A stretch of DNA of 64,000 nt, from NCBI GenBank assembly GCA_031362865.1, contig JANLTH010000003.1:62848-126847 (forward strand), written 5' to 3'. Under the pieces are notes generated by a model. It was not told where the DNA came from and did not search any database. It was given only the letters and a program-made list of their open reading frames with translations. Positions 35,822 to 45,519 of the stretch are shown in pieces; position 1 is the first letter of the stretch; each line of letters opens with the position of its first letter. The translations under genes and the position numbers were made by a program. This stretch comes from Burkholderiales bacterium. Its GTDB lineage: Bacteria > Pseudomonadota > Gammaproteobacteria > Burkholderiales > JAEUOS01.

Positions 35822-37093
35822 TTAAGTTTTGCAAACCACGCGCATATGCCGTTTTTTGCCCGCCCTGAGCAAGATCGCGCTGTTCTCAAAATCGGCGAGG
35901 GACAACACCCGTTGCGGATTTTTCTCGGCTGCGTCGTTGATAAACGCGCCGCCTTGTTCCACTAAGCGGCGCGCTTCCGCTTTCGAGATAGCCAAACCCG
36001 CTGCGACGAATAGCTCCAACACCGGATAACCGGCGGCAAACTTTGCGCACGCCAGTGTCACGCTCGGTACATCAGCTGGCGCGCCACCGCTGGAAAATAA
36101 GGCATCGGCTGCATCGCGCGCTTTGCTGGCTTCCGCTTCGCCATGACACAGCTTGGTTGCCTCGAAAGCGAGCACTCGCTTCGCATCATTGATGGCTGCG
36201 CCTTTAAAGTCACTGAGACGCTCCACTTCCGCCATCGGCAAAAACGTGAAAAACGCTAAAAACCGCTTCACATCGCGGTCATCGGCGTTGATCCAATATT
36301 GATAAAAATCGTAAGGACTGGTGCGCGCCGCGTCCAGCCAAACCGCCCCCGCTGCCGTTTTGCCCATTTTTTCGCCGCGCGCGGTGGTCAACAGGGGGAG
36401 GGTCAGGGCGAATGCCTGGCTGGCGTGCTTGCGGCGCACCAGGTCAGTACCGGCCAAAATGTTGCTCCACTGGTCGTCACCGCCCATTTGCAGGCGGCAA
36501 CCGGTCGCTTCAAATAGATGCAGGTAGTCGTAGCCTTGCAGCAATTGGTAATTGAATTCGATGAACGACAAACCCTCTTCACGCTCTAGCCGAGCGCGGT
36601 AGGCATCGGCGCGGATCATCTCGTTGACACGGAAGTATTTGCCGATGTCGCGCAAAAACTCGATGTAGTTGAGCTTGAGCAGCCATTCGGCATTGTTCAG
36701 AAATAGGCCGGTGGACGATTTGGGATCATCCGACAAGTCCAAATAGCGCTTGAGCTGCCCCAAAATGCCTTGTCCGTTGGCGGCAATCGTCTCCTGGGTC
36801 ATCATTTGGCGCATTTCGGTCTTGCCCGACGGGTCGCCCACCATGGCCGTGCCGCCGCCGATTAAGCCGATTGGGCGATGTCCGGCGCGTTGTAAGTGCG
36901 CCATCGCCATGATCGGCATGAGGCTGCCGCAATGCAGGCTGGATGCGGTGGGGTCAAAGCCGATGTAATAAGTCACCCGCTCTTGCCCAAGCAGTTTTTG
37001 CAGAGCGGGCAAGTCGTTGCATTGAGCGACAAAGCCGCGCTCGGCCAGCACTGCTAGGCCATCGGGGTGTTTTGACAATTCTGTTACACTCAT
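35822..37093 (-). CDS. tyrS: tyrosine--tRNA ligase
   Basis: GFDPTASSLHCGSL (HIGH-region variant), the KMGKT (KMSKS) motif and a C-terminal S4-like domain. Confidence 0.9.
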   Translation of the reverse strand: MSVTELSKHPDGLAVLAERGFVAQCNDLPALQKLLGQERVTYYIGFDPTASSLHCGSLMPIMAMAHLQRAGHRPIGLIGGGTAMVGDPSGKTEMRQMMTQETIAANGQGILGQLKRYLDLSDDPKSSTGLFLNNAEWLLKLNYIEFLRDIGKYFRVNEMIRADAYRARLEREEGLSFIEFNYQLLQGYDYLHLFEATGCRLQMGGDDQWSNILAGTDLVRRKHASQAFALTLPLLTTARGEKMGKTAAGAVWLDAARTSPYDFYQYWINADDRDVKRFLAFFTFLPMAEVERLSDFKGAAINDAKRVLAFEATKLCHGEAEASKARDAADALFSSGGAPADVPSVTLACAKFAAGYPVLELFVAAGLAISKAEARRLVEQGGAFINDAAEKNPQRVLSLADFENSAILLRAGKKRHMRVVCKT

Positions 37094-37221
37094 TGGTTAG
37101 ATTGAATTTTTAGCGCAGGGCCACTTGAATATCGTCCGGTTTTTCCAACAAAAACAAGAACTTAAGACCGGGATGATCCAGAAAACGACTGCTGTTTGAG
37201 TCAGCCGCGCTGCTTTAGTGA

Positions 37222-38577
37222 ATGGGGTTTGAGATGACAAAAATTCTAGCGGATGCGTCAAGAGCTGTCGCCGCACAGTTGACTACATGGGCGGCAGCAA
37301 AGTGGCGCGCTCCGCGCATGCGAATGCTCTTGCTGGCCGCGTTTGCGCTCTCGGGAGCGGCTGCCGTTGCAACCGCCGTCGCACCCGCATCGAGCGAGCT
37401 GACTGAAACGCAATCTGCGCCGTTTGTCCTCCCGCCGGGCGACCTGGTCGCCCTCGATGACAATAAAGATGCCGTGTTTCGCGAAGAGCGGGTGCGGCGT
37501 GGCGATACGCTGGGCTCGGTGCTGGCCCGCTTGGGCGTTGACGATGCCGAGGCTGCCAAGTATCTGCGTCAAGACAAAGATGCGCGCGTCATTACCAACC
37601 AACTGCGCCCAGGTCGCAACTTTAAAGCCAGCACTGCACCAGACGGCAGCTTGGCGCACCTTGACTATGCGCTTTCACCCACCGAACGGATTACGGTGCG
37701 GCGCGCGGGCGACAACTTCAGCACGGTGAAAGAAACTTTGGAGCTTGAGCGCCGCGTGCAGATGAATGCCGGCGTGATTCGCTCCTCACTCTTTGGTGCC
37801 ACCGACGCGGCAGGGATTCCCGATGCGGTGGCCGTGCAGGTGGCCGAAATTTTTGCAGCCGATATCGACTTTCACCGTGATTTGCGCAAAGGCGATGCCT
37901 TCCGCGTGGTTTATGAAACCTTGCACCACCACGGCGAGCACGTTTCCACCGGCCGCGTTTTGGCAGTGGAATTTGTGAACAAAAACAAGACTTTTGCGGC
38001 GATTTGGTTTGAAGAGGGTGAGCACAAAGGCTATTACACCCCAGAAGGCAGCAGCCTGCGTAAAGCCTTCCTCAAGGCACCTTTGGAGTTTTCGCGGATT
38101 ACCTCGGGCTTTGGGATGCGCCTGCACCCAATCTGGAAAACCTGGAAAGGGCACGCCGGGGTTGACTACGCCGCCCCCACCGGTACGCCAATTCGTACCG
38201 TGAGCGATGGAACGATTGATTTCGTCGGTGTGCAAGGCGGTTACGGCAATGTCGTGATCGTCAAGCATCAGGGCAAATACACGACGCTTTACGCGCACAT
38301 GAGTGCCTTTGCCGCCAAGCTCTCCAAGGGCGACCGGGTGTCACAGGGCGACGTGATTGGCTACGTCGGCTCCACTGGTTGGTCCACCGGGCCACATTTG
38401 CACTACGAATTTCGGATCGACAACGAGCAGGTTGACCCGCTCACGGTGGCGCTGCCGCAGGCGATTCCGATGGATGCAGCCAAGCAGGCGGCGTTTAAAG
38501 CAGCCACCGCGCCGCTCAATTTGCGTCTCGCGCTCTTCAAGGGCGAAGCCGCCAAAGTTGCGGCTAACTTCGAGTAG
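37222..38577 (+). CDS. M23-family metallopeptidase with OapA/LysM-like N-terminal region
   Basis: HAGVDYAAPTGTPI and GSTGWSTGPHLHYE are M23 Zn-ligand motifs. The start is 37222 or 37234. Confidence 0.85.
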   Translation: MGFEMTKILADASRAVAAQLTTWAAAKWRAPRMRMLLLAAFALSGAAAVATAVAPASSELTETQSAPFVLPPGDLVALDDNKDAVFREERVRRGDTLGSVLARLGVDDAEAAKYLRQDKDARVITNQLRPGRNFKASTAPDGSLAHLDYALSPTERITVRRAGDNFSTVKETLELERRVQMNAGVIRSSLFGATDAAGIPDAVAVQVAEIFAADIDFHRDLRKGDAFRVVYETLHHHGEHVSTGRVLAVEFVNKNKTFAAIWFEEGEHKGYYTPEGSSLRKAFLKAPLEFSRITSGFGMRLHPIWKTWKGHAGVDYAAPTGTPIRTVSDGTIDFVGVQGGYGNVVIVKHQGKYTTLYAHMSAFAAKLSKGDRVSQGDVIGYVGSTGWSTGPHLHYEFRIDNEQVDPLTVALPQAIPMDAAKQAAFKAATAPLNLRLALFKGEAAKVAANFE

Positions 38578-38598
38578 GTTTTGAGCGCACCTTCAGCC

Positions 38599-39702
38599 AT
38601 GCCGTCGGTATTCGGCGGGCTGATGTCTGGCACCAGCCTGGATGGCGTGGATTGCGTCATCGCCGACTTTTCGACAGCCGTGCCCCATGTGTGTAGCGCG
38701 ACCCACCTCGTTTTCCCCGCTGCGCTGAAAGCCGAGCTGCTCGCTTTGCAACAGCCAGGCGCGAACGAACTAGACCGTAGCGCTCGCGCCGCCAATGCAC
38801 TGGTTGATCTGTATGCTGAAGCGGTGAGCGCAGCGTTGCAAGCTGCCGGCTTGACACCGGGTCAAATCGCCGCACTTGGCGCGCACGGGCAAACCGTGCG
38901 GCATCAGCCGAAAATCGACGGGAAGCCCGGCTACACTTTGCAAATCAATAACCCGGCACGCTTGGCGGAAACCGTCGGCATCACGGTCGTGGCCGACTTT
39001 CGCAGCCGCGATGTTGCCGCCGGTGGCCAAGGTGCGCCGCTCGTGCCGGCTTTTCATCAGGCCGTGTTTGCGCACCCCACCGAACATCGCGTGGTGCTCA
39101 ACCTGGGCGGGATCGCCAACGTGACCGATTTGCACCCGGAGCAGTCCGTGCGTGGCTGGGACACCGGCCCTGCAAACGTTCTGTTAGACGCATGGAGCAT
39201 GGCGCAGCGCGGTATCGCATTTGACGACGAAGGGCACTGGGCCGCCAGCGGCATGCCTGAAGACGCGCTCCTGGCAAGGCTCTTGGCTGATCCTTATTTT
39301 GACCTTGCACCCCCCAAAAGCACGGGGCGCGATTTGTTCAATCTTGCTTGGCTTGCCCTGCGGCTCTTAGGCCACGAAGCTGCTGCCAATGTGCAAGCAA
39401 CGTTACTCGCGTTGACTGCGCACAGCGTTGCCGCATCAGTCAAGCAGCATGCTGGAGAGCCGCACCAAATAATGGTTTGCGGGGGTGGTGCTCGAAACAC
39501 CGCGCTGATTAAGGCTCTTCAGGCATGCATGCCGAAAAGCCTTGTCACACGCACTTCTTCAGCTGGATTTGATGAGCAACACGTCGAGGCTCTAGCCTTC
39601 GCGTGGCTCGCCCGCCAGGCGCTGCTTGGTCAACCGGGCAATCTTCCGGCGGTTACCGGGGCAGCCGGGCTGCGGGTGTTGGGCGCAATCTATCCGGCTT
39701 GA
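38599..39702 (+). CDS. anmK: anhydro-N-acetylmuramic acid kinase
   Basis: N-terminal GLMSGTSLDGVD and the GGGARN motif. ATG at 38599 is preferred over the TTG at 38581. Confidence 0.85.
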   Translation: MPSVFGGLMSGTSLDGVDCVIADFSTAVPHVCSATHLVFPAALKAELLALQQPGANELDRSARAANALVDLYAEAVSAALQAAGLTPGQIAALGAHGQTVRHQPKIDGKPGYTLQINNPARLAETVGITVVADFRSRDVAAGGQGAPLVPAFHQAVFAHPTEHRVVLNLGGIANVTDLHPEQSVRGWDTGPANVLLDAWSMAQRGIAFDDEGHWAASGMPEDALLARLLADPYFDLAPPKSTGRDLFNLAWLALRLLGHEAAANVQATLLALTAHSVAASVKQHAGEPHQIMVCGGGARNTALIKALQACMPKSLVTRTSSAGFDEQHVEALAFAWLARQALLGQPGNLPAVTGAAGLRVLGAIYPA

Positions 39703-40103
39703 ATCTGCAACTTTGCCGCCAGCTCCAGCAGGCGCGGCATGCCCGGCTCTTTGCGAGGCCAAGTCAAGCTAACGCCGTCGTTGGCGTAACGCGGCAGCAC
39801 GTGCAAGTGCAGATGCGGCACGGTTTGCCATCCGGCAACGCCATTGGCCTGCAAAATCGTCATGCCTTCTGGCGCAAACGCAGCCTGTACGGCCCGCGCG
39901 ACCCGATGGGCCACGCGCATCAGCGCCACGGCGGTGGCTTCATCGGCATCCAATAGCGTCGGGTAAGGGTGCTTGGAGGCGACGATCACATGCCCGTCGT
40001 TCACCTGGCCCGCATCCATGAAGGCGAAGATCAGCGCGTCTTCGTACACTTTGGCGCACGGAAAGTCGCCGCGCAGGAGTTTGGTAAAGATGGTGTCTGG
40101 CAT
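39690..40103 (-). CDS. HIT-family (histidine triad) protein
   Basis: 137 aa with the histidine triad HLHLHVLP. Confidence 0.85.
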   Translation of the reverse strand: MPDTIFTKLLRGDFPCAKVYEDALIFAFMDAGQVNDGHVIVASKHPYPTLLDADEATAVALMRVAHRVARAVQAAFAPEGMTILQANGVAGWQTVPHLHLHVLPRYANDGVSLTWPRKEPGMPRLLELAAKLQIQAG

Positions 40104-40162
40104 AGGATGGGCGAAGGGGTAGGTGCTGGAGTCGAAAGTTTAGCGGCAGCGAACGAAAACTT

Positions 40163-40301
40163 CCGTCAAGGCGGGGCCATAAACAAAAAACCCCGTCGAG
40201 GCGGGGCTATAAACAAAACCCCCGACCGAAGCGGGGCTATAAACAAAAAACCCCACCGAGGCGGGGCTATAAACAAAAAACCCCACCGAGGCGGGGTTTT
40301 T
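40163..40301 (-). repeat. array of four-plus tandem 30-bp units, each a GC-stem hairpin with a U-tract on the minus strand (stacked intrinsic terminators)
   Basis: Units GCGGGGCYATAAACAAAA(A/C)(A/C)CCCCRNCGAR at 40171, 40201, 40231 and 40261, plus a terminal GCGGGGTTTTT. Read on the minus strand, each gives CCCCGCCTCGGTGGGG followed by TTTTTT. Confidence 0.8.
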
Positions 40302-40332
40302 GCAGCGAAACAACGAACTCGCTGAAGAAAAC

Positions 40333-40716
40333 TTACTTCTTTGGTGCGTCTTTGCCGGCAGCAGCTTTTGGTGCTTCTTTAGCGGCTTTTTTCGCGGCTT
40401 TGGCTTCTTTCTTTGCCTTCATGTCGGCGTCGCGCTTGGCTTTTTTCTCAGCCTTGGCTTTGGCAACAGCTTCTTTCTTGGCTTTGGCTTCTTCAGCTTT
40501 TTTGGCCTTCATTTCAGCTTTTGCGTCTTTTTTGGCTTCAGGCTTGGCGGCGGCGGCAGCAGGAGCGGCGGCAGGCGCAGCAGCTGGGGCAGCGGCGGGA
40601 GCAGCAGGAGCGGCAGCAGGAGCAGCAGCCTTTGCAGGAGCTGCGGCAGGTGCGGTTTGAGCTTGTGCGGCAACTGCGAACAGGCCAGCAACGAGAGCGG
40701 ATAACAGTTTGTTCAT
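40333..40716 (-). CDS. secreted low-complexity Ala/Pro/Lys-rich protein
   Basis: Signal peptide MNKLLSALVAGLFAVAAQA, then an (A/P)-rich tract, then a K/A/E-rich tract. The only frame of this repetitive DNA with a start and a signal peptide. Confidence 0.6.
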   Translation of the reverse strand: MNKLLSALVAGLFAVAAQAQTAPAAAPAKAAAPAAAPAAPAAAPAAAPAAAPAAAAAKPEAKKDAKAEMKAKKAEEAKAKKEAVAKAKAEKKAKRDADMKAKKEAKAAKKAAKEAPKAAAGKDAPKK

Positions 40717-40860
40717 TTCGTGGACTCCAAAAATATAACGCTACGGTGGTTATTTAAATTGATGGGAAAGCAGACTTACCCGGAGCGAATAACGCCTGCT
40801 TAACCTGGCGGTTGACACCATTTCGAACAATTTGCAGCACTTCTGAAACATCTTGGGCGG

Positions 40861-40889
40861 AAAAAAACCGGAGAAACCTCCGGTTTTTC
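40861..40889 (-). terminator. intrinsic terminator hairpin (bidirectional shape)
   Basis: AAAAAAA-CCGGAG-AAAC-CTCCGG-TTTTT, about 45 nt downstream of the stop of the small Lys-rich gene. Confidence 0.7.
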
Positions 40890-40933
40890 GTCCAGCGAAC
40901 TAAGCTTTCTAGTTCGGAAAATTCAGCAGCCAA

Positions 40934-41125
40934 CTACTTCTTGACAGCGGCTTTCTTGACAGCTTTTTTCGCGCCTTTCTTTTTGGCTTTTTTCTTGCCT
41001 TTGGCAGCTTGCACGTCGATTGACGAAGCGGAAGCAGTGGTCAGGTTCGAGGGTGCGGCAAACGAAGGTGCTGCTGCGCTCAGTGCGAAGGCTGCGGCGG
41101 TCAGGGTGGCGATAAACATTTTCAT
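40934..41125 (-). CDS. small secreted Lys-rich protein (63 aa)
   Basis: ATG at 41125 is preceded by GAGGAG. Signal peptide MKMFIATLTAAAFALSAAAPSFA, and a C-terminal KGKKKAKKKGAKKAVKKAAVKK. The upstream part of track ORF 40934..41305 was discarded. Confidence 0.5.
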   Translation of the reverse strand: MKMFIATLTAAAFALSAAAPSFAAPSNLTTASASSIDVQAAKGKKKAKKKGAKKAVKKAAVKK

Positions 41126-41198
41126 GGTGAACTCCTCTTTCATCGGAAAAACGGGGCGGAATTGCCTGGATTGCCTGGAGATACTCTGTCGCGGTGGT

Positions 41199-41807
41199 TC
41201 ACTGGTGCTTGGTGCGCGATGCAGTACTTCCTTCAACGAGCCTGGGGGTTGCCTGGTTGACAGTAAGCTCGGCCTCGCGCCACTGCCCGGGGCGCAGGCC
41301 GTCAATCGACCAAGTGCCGATCCGGTGGCGGATCAGGCGCAGGGTCGGCAGGCCCACTTTGGCCGTCATGCGCCGAACCTGCCGATTCTTGCCTTCGGCA
41401 AGCGTAATGTCGAGCCAACTCGTCGGGATGGCGGCACGCTGGCGAATTGGTGGGTTGCGCGGCCAGAGCCCTGCCGGTTCGTCAATCTGTGAAGCCAGGC
41501 ACGGCGCGCTGGTGAAGTCGCCCAGATCAAGACCGCCCTGCAAGGCCGTGAGTGCCGCAGCGGTAACGTCGCCCTCAACTTGCACCCAGTAGGATTTGCC
41601 CATGCTTGGGCGTCGCCCGGCAGGCGAGGCGATGCGGTTTTGCAGTCGGCCGTCGTCGGTGAGGGCCAATAGTCCCTCGCTGTCAGTGTCGAGCCGCCCG
41701 GCGGGGTAAACGTGGGGTACGTTGACAAAGTCCTTCAGCGTCGGGTGCGCACCTTCGCGCGTGAATTGGCAAATGACGCCATAAGGCTTGTTGAGCAAAA
41801 GAATCAT
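41199..41807 (-). CDS. rluE: rRNA pseudouridine synthase (RluE/RsuA family)
   Basis: MILLLNKPYGVICQF ... YPAGRLDTDSEGLLALTDDG with the catalytic Asp motif. ATG at 41807. Confidence 0.75.
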   Translation of the reverse strand: MILLLNKPYGVICQFTREGAHPTLKDFVNVPHVYPAGRLDTDSEGLLALTDDGRLQNRIASPAGRRPSMGKSYWVQVEGDVTAAALTALQGGLDLGDFTSAPCLASQIDEPAGLWPRNPPIRQRAAIPTSWLDITLAEGKNRQVRRMTAKVGLPTLRLIRHRIGTWSIDGLRPGQWREAELTVNQATPRLVEGSTASRTKHQ

Positions 41808-41860
41808 TGCAGGACCAGAGTGGGGTCGAAAGAAAAACCCGTTTCGCGGCGGGAGAAAAA

Positions 41861-41890
41861 ACAAAAAACCCGCCGAGAGGCGGGTTTTTC
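41861..41890 (-). terminator. intrinsic terminator downstream of cspA
   Basis: AAAAAA-CCCGCC-GAGA-GGCGGG-TTTTT lies ~20 nt after the csp stop. On the minus strand the stem is followed by a U-run. Confidence 0.75.
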
Positions 41891-41909
41891 TGAGCATCCA
41901 AAATCGGGA

Positions 41910-42113
41910 TTAACCGTTTTGAATGTTCGAGGCTTGTTTGCCTTTTTGACCTTGGGTCACTTCAAAAGCGACTTTTTGGCCTTCCTTCAGGGTTTTGAAA
42001 CCACCCATCTGGATTGCGGAGAAATGTGCAAAAAGGTCTTCGCCACCGTCATCGGGTGTGATGAAACCATAACCTTTTGCATCGTTAAACCATTTAACAG
42101 TACCGGTTGCCAT
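41910..42113 (-). CDS. cspA: cold-shock protein, CspA family
   Basis: 67 aa. [20 protein letters not shown] with the RNP1/RNP2 motifs. Confidence 0.9.
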   Translation of the reverse strand: MATGTVKWFNDAKGYGFITPDDGGEDLFAHFSAIQMGGFKTLKEGQKVAFEVTQGQKGKQASNIQNG

Positions 42114-42598
42114 ACGTATGAAACTCCAACTAGTGAAAAAAATGACGGGTCAACAAGATGTGGGCCCTACCCTTGTTCGATTCGATGAAACCGCGTCAAG
42201 CTCTTCACGCATGGTGGCCAGATGATGCCATTTAGGCGAACTGCAAACTGCCCAAACCGCCACATACGACCGAAACACCGATACTTCAGACAACTAGCTG
42301 CGTACCACTTGAACCAAACAATGAAAGCGTTTTACGGACAAATTGTTGCCCCGTCAAGTGCTTTTGACGACCTACTGTGGTTTGTCAAGCAGTTTATGTG
42401 AGGCATGCAACACTGGCGAGTTCAAGCCGCCGAAATACGCGGCCCTACTTGAAATTTCTGATTCGGCGACCAAGTTGGCCGGGTACTGCCGTTAGAGTGC
42501 GCCCCGATTCGGAATTGCTCGACGGCAAATGCGCAGGTCGCAGCGCTACAATCAAATCAAGTTCCACAACTGGCCGCCTCAAGGCGGTGACCACAACA

Positions 42599-42958
42599 AT
42601 GGCAACACGCAAGGACAATGGCCCGCCGGAGATTCCGCCGGGATGGACCCAAGATGGCGGCGGCGAGAGCGGTGTCGCGGTCGCGCCCGAAAAGGAAAAG
42701 CTCAAGCCACCGGCGATGTTCAAGGTGATGCTGATGAATGACGATTACACGCCGATGGAATTCGTGGTGGGCACGATTGAAAAATTCTTCTCTAAATCGC
42801 GTGAAGCGGCCACCCAGATCATGCTCAAGGTGCATCGTGAAGGCATGGGGGTTTGCGGTGTGTATCCAAAAGACATGGCCGCCACCAAGGTCGAGTTGGT
42901 TTTGGGCCACGCGCGGGCGCATCAACACCCGCTGCAATGCCTGATGGAGGAAAACTGA
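42599..42958 (+). CDS. clpS: ATP-dependent Clp protease adaptor ClpS
   Basis: [20 protein letters not shown] core; lies immediately upstream of clpA. ATG at 42599. Confidence 0.9.
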   Translation: MATRKDNGPPEIPPGWTQDGGGESGVAVAPEKEKLKPPAMFKVMLMNDDYTPMEFVVGTIEKFFSKSREAATQIMLKVHREGMGVCGVYPKDMAATKVELVLGHARAHQHPLQCLMEEN

Positions 42959-43109
42959 ATTTCGGTCAGACTTGCGCTAAGCGAATCCGCTGGTGGATTT
43001 CGCTCCTGCGGTTTTAGAGTAGAGTAGGGAGAAGCTGTCGAAACAAATTTTTTGCAAAAGTGTAAAAGCGCGGCCACCCGTGTGGCTGCGCAGAAACGAA
43101 AGGCACGTC

Positions 43110-45425
43110 ATGATCGCCCAAGAATTGGAAGTCAGTTTGCACATGGCTTTTGTCGAAGCCCGGCAAAAGCGCCACGAGTTCATTACGGTCGAGCATCTGC
43201 TGCTCGCGCTGCTCGACAACCCCACTGCGGCTGAGGTGTTGAAGGCGGTGGGCTCCACGCTGGACGACCTGCGCAAAAACCTCATCAACTTCATCACTGA
43301 GCACACGCCGACGGTAGCGGGCAATGAAGACGTGGACACGCAGCCCACGCTGGGCTTTCAGCGGGTGATTCAGCGCGCCATCATGCACGTGCAGTCTTCT
43401 TCCAATGGCAAAAAGGAAGTGACTGGTGCCAATGTGCTGGTCGCCATCTTCGGCGAAAAAGATTCACACGCGGTGTACTACCTGCACCAACAGGGCATCA
43501 CGCGCCTGGACATTGTCAATTTCATTTCGCACGGCATTACCAAGGCGCAAGAAAAAGCCAAGGCTGCGGCGGGCGAAGAAACTGAAGAAAAAGAAGAAAA
43601 GGCAGACAAGCAGCAAAGCCCGCTAGATGCCTACACCCAAAACCTGAACAACAGCGCCAAAGAGGGCAAGATCGACCCCTTGATCGGGCGTGATCTTGAG
43701 CTGGAGCGTGTGATTCAAACTTTGTGCCGCCGCCGCAAAAACAACCCGCTGTTGGTGGGCGAAGCGGGCGTGGGAAAAACTGCGATTGCTGAGGGCTTGG
43801 CCAAGCGAATTGTTGAAGGCGAAGTGCCGGAAATTCTGCAAAAGTGTGTGGTTTATTCGCTCGACATGGGCGCGTTGTTGGCGGGGACCAAATACCGAGG
43901 TGACTTCGAGCAGCGCTTGAAAGGCGTGCTCAAAAAATTGCAGGGCAACCCAGATGCAATTTTGTTCATCGACGAAATTCACACGCTGATTGGCGCTGGA
44001 GCGGCGTCGGGCGGCACACTGGATGCCTCAAACTTGCTCAAGCCCGCCTTGGCGAATGGCCAACTCAAGTGCATTGGTGCCACCACTTACACCGAGTATC
44101 GTGGCATTTTTGAGAAAGACCACGCGCTCTCGCGGCGTTTCCAGAAAATTGATGTCAACGAGCCCACGGTGGACGAAACCGTGCAAATTCTGCGCGGCTT
44201 GAAGTCGCGCTTTGAGGAGCACCACGGCATCAAATACTCCGCCGCTGCAATCACCACCGCTGCCGAGTTGGCGGCGCGCTACATCAACGACCGCCAATTG
44301 CCTGACAAAGCGATTGACGTGATTGACGAAGCCGGTGCTGCACAGCGCATCTTGCCCAAATCGAAACAGAAAAAGACCGTCGGCAAAACCGAGATCGAAG
44401 AGATCATCGCCAAGATCGCGCGCATTCCGCCGCATAACGTCTCGTCGGACGACCGCTCGAAGCTGAAAAATCTGGAGCGCGACCTGAAGAATGTCGTCTT
44501 CGGGCAAGACAAAGCGATTGACGCGCTCGCTGCTGCCATCAAAATGGCGCGCTCGGGCTTGGGCAATCCGGTCAAGCCGATCGGCTCCTTTCTCTTTTCC
44601 GGGCCGACTGGGGTCGGTAAAACGGAAGCTGCGCGCCAGCTCGCTTTTACGCTGGGGATCGAATTGATTCGCTTTGACATGAGCGAGTACATGGAGCGTC
44701 ACGCGGTGAGCCGCTTGATTGGCGCGCCTCCGGGCTACGTGGGCTTTGACCAAGGCGGGTTGCTGACCGAGGCAGTTTCCAAGAAGCCGCATTCGGTGCT
44801 GCTGTTGGACGAGATCGAGAAGGCGCACCCCGATGTCTACAACATCTTGCTGCAAGTGATGGATCACGGCACGCTGACCGACAACAACGGCCGCAAGGCG
44901 GACTTTCGCAATGTGGTCATCATCATGACCACCAACGCTGGGGCCGAGGCACTGACCAAAACTGCGATTGGCTTCACCAATTCGAAGCAGGCTGGCGACG
45001 AAATGGCCGAGATCAAACGCCTCTTCACACCGGAATTCCGTAACCGCCTCGATGCCACCATCAGCTTCAAGGCGCTCGACGAAGAGGTGATTCTGCGCGT
45101 GGTCGACAAATTCCTGATGCAGCTGGAAGAGCAGCTGCACGAGAAAAAAGTCGAGGTGATTTTCACGGACGCGCTGCGCAAACACCTGGCGAAAAAAGGT
45201 TTCGACCCGGTCATGGGCGCGCGCCCGATGGCGCGGCTGATCCAAGACACCATCCGCAAAGCGCTGGCTGACGAATTACTCTTTGGCAAGCTGCTCAACG
45301 GCGGCAAAGTGACGGTCGATCTGGTCGCGGACGACAAAATTACGCTGGACATTGCGCCGCGTAACCCCGACAAGCCCGATAAGCCGGACGAAGGCCCGAA
45401 GGAAGAGGCGCTCGACACTGCGTAA
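43110..45425 (+). CDS. clpA: ATP-dependent Clp protease ATP-binding subunit ClpA
   Basis: [15 protein letters not shown]-domain. Two AAA+ modules with Walker [10 protein letters not shown] and [12 protein letters not shown] at 43110. Confidence 0.95.
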   Translation: MIAQELEVSLHMAFVEARQKRHEFITVEHLLLALLDNPTAAEVLKAVGSTLDDLRKNLINFITEHTPTVAGNEDVDTQPTLGFQRVIQRAIMHVQSSSNGKKEVTGANVLVAIFGEKDSHAVYYLHQQGITRLDIVNFISHGITKAQEKAKAAAGEETEEKEEKADKQQSPLDAYTQNLNNSAKEGKIDPLIGRDLELERVIQTLCRRRKNNPLLVGEAGVGKTAIAEGLAKRIVEGEVPEILQKCVVYSLDMGALLAGTKYRGDFEQRLKGVLKKLQGNPDAILFIDEIHTLIGAGAASGGTLDASNLLKPALANGQLKCIGATTYTEYRGIFEKDHALSRRFQKIDVNEPTVDETVQILRGLKSRFEEHHGIKYSAAAITTAAELAARYINDRQLPDKAIDVIDEAGAAQRILPKSKQKKTVGKTEIEEIIAKIARIPPHNVSSDDRSKLKNLERDLKNVVFGQDKAIDALAAAIKMARSGLGNPVKPIGSFLFSGPTGVGKTEAARQLAFTLGIELIRFDMSEYMERHAVSRLIGAPPGYVGFDQGGLLTEAVSKKPHSVLLLDEIEKAHPDVYNILLQVMDHGTLTDNNGRKADFRNVVIIMTTNAGAEALTKTAIGFTNSKQAGDEMAEIKRLFTPEFRNRLDATISFKALDEEVILRVVDKFLMQLEEQLHEKKVEVIFTDALRKHLAKKGFDPVMGARPMARLIQDTIRKALADELLFGKLLNGGKVTVDLVADDKITLDIAPRNPDKPDKPDEGPKEEALDTA

Positions 45426-45519
45426 ATGCCGCCAAGACACCTGAAGAGGCGCGCCAGTCGTGCTTCTTCAGGCATCGCTACCAAGAAAATGGCATGGTGC
45501 AGTGCGGTAAAATTCGTTC

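Noticed and set aside
40163-40301. Possible CRISPR array (regular ~30-bp repeats)
   Set aside because: The units are directly adjacent with no unique spacers, there are no cas genes nearby, and each unit is a hairpin plus T-tract. This is a terminator duplication, not CRISPR.
39969-40325. 118-aa ORF with the repeated peptide GGAINKKP(H/R)R
   Set aside because: The repeat is just the translation of the tandem 30-bp terminator-hairpin array. The upstream half is antisense to the HIT-family gene.
40300-40757. Plus-strand low-complexity ORFs (134, 102 and 114 aa) opposite the Ala/Pro/Lys-rich gene
   Set aside because: All frames of this repetitive GC-rich DNA are open. Only the minus-strand frame has a start codon context, a Sec signal peptide and a downstream terminator.
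44028-45245. 405-aa ORF antisense to clpA. Similar long antisense ORFs occur at 221-922, 12253-13020, 29951-31153, 37786-38298, 46659-47276, 53473-54204, 54785-55570, 60620-61222, 61700-62485 and 63007-63921.
   Set aside because: Each lies opposite a gene with unambiguous family motifs. They have Arg/His/Gln-rich, low-information composition typical of shadow frames in high-GC DNA and contain no recognisable motifs.
45426-45519. Possible histidine-operon leader peptide / attenuator upstream of hisG
   Set aside because: The only small ORF ([14 protein letters not shown]...) has scattered rather than consecutive His codons and overlaps the hisG start out of frame. The hairpin at 45440-45472 lacks a U-tract and is better read as the clpA 3' structure.
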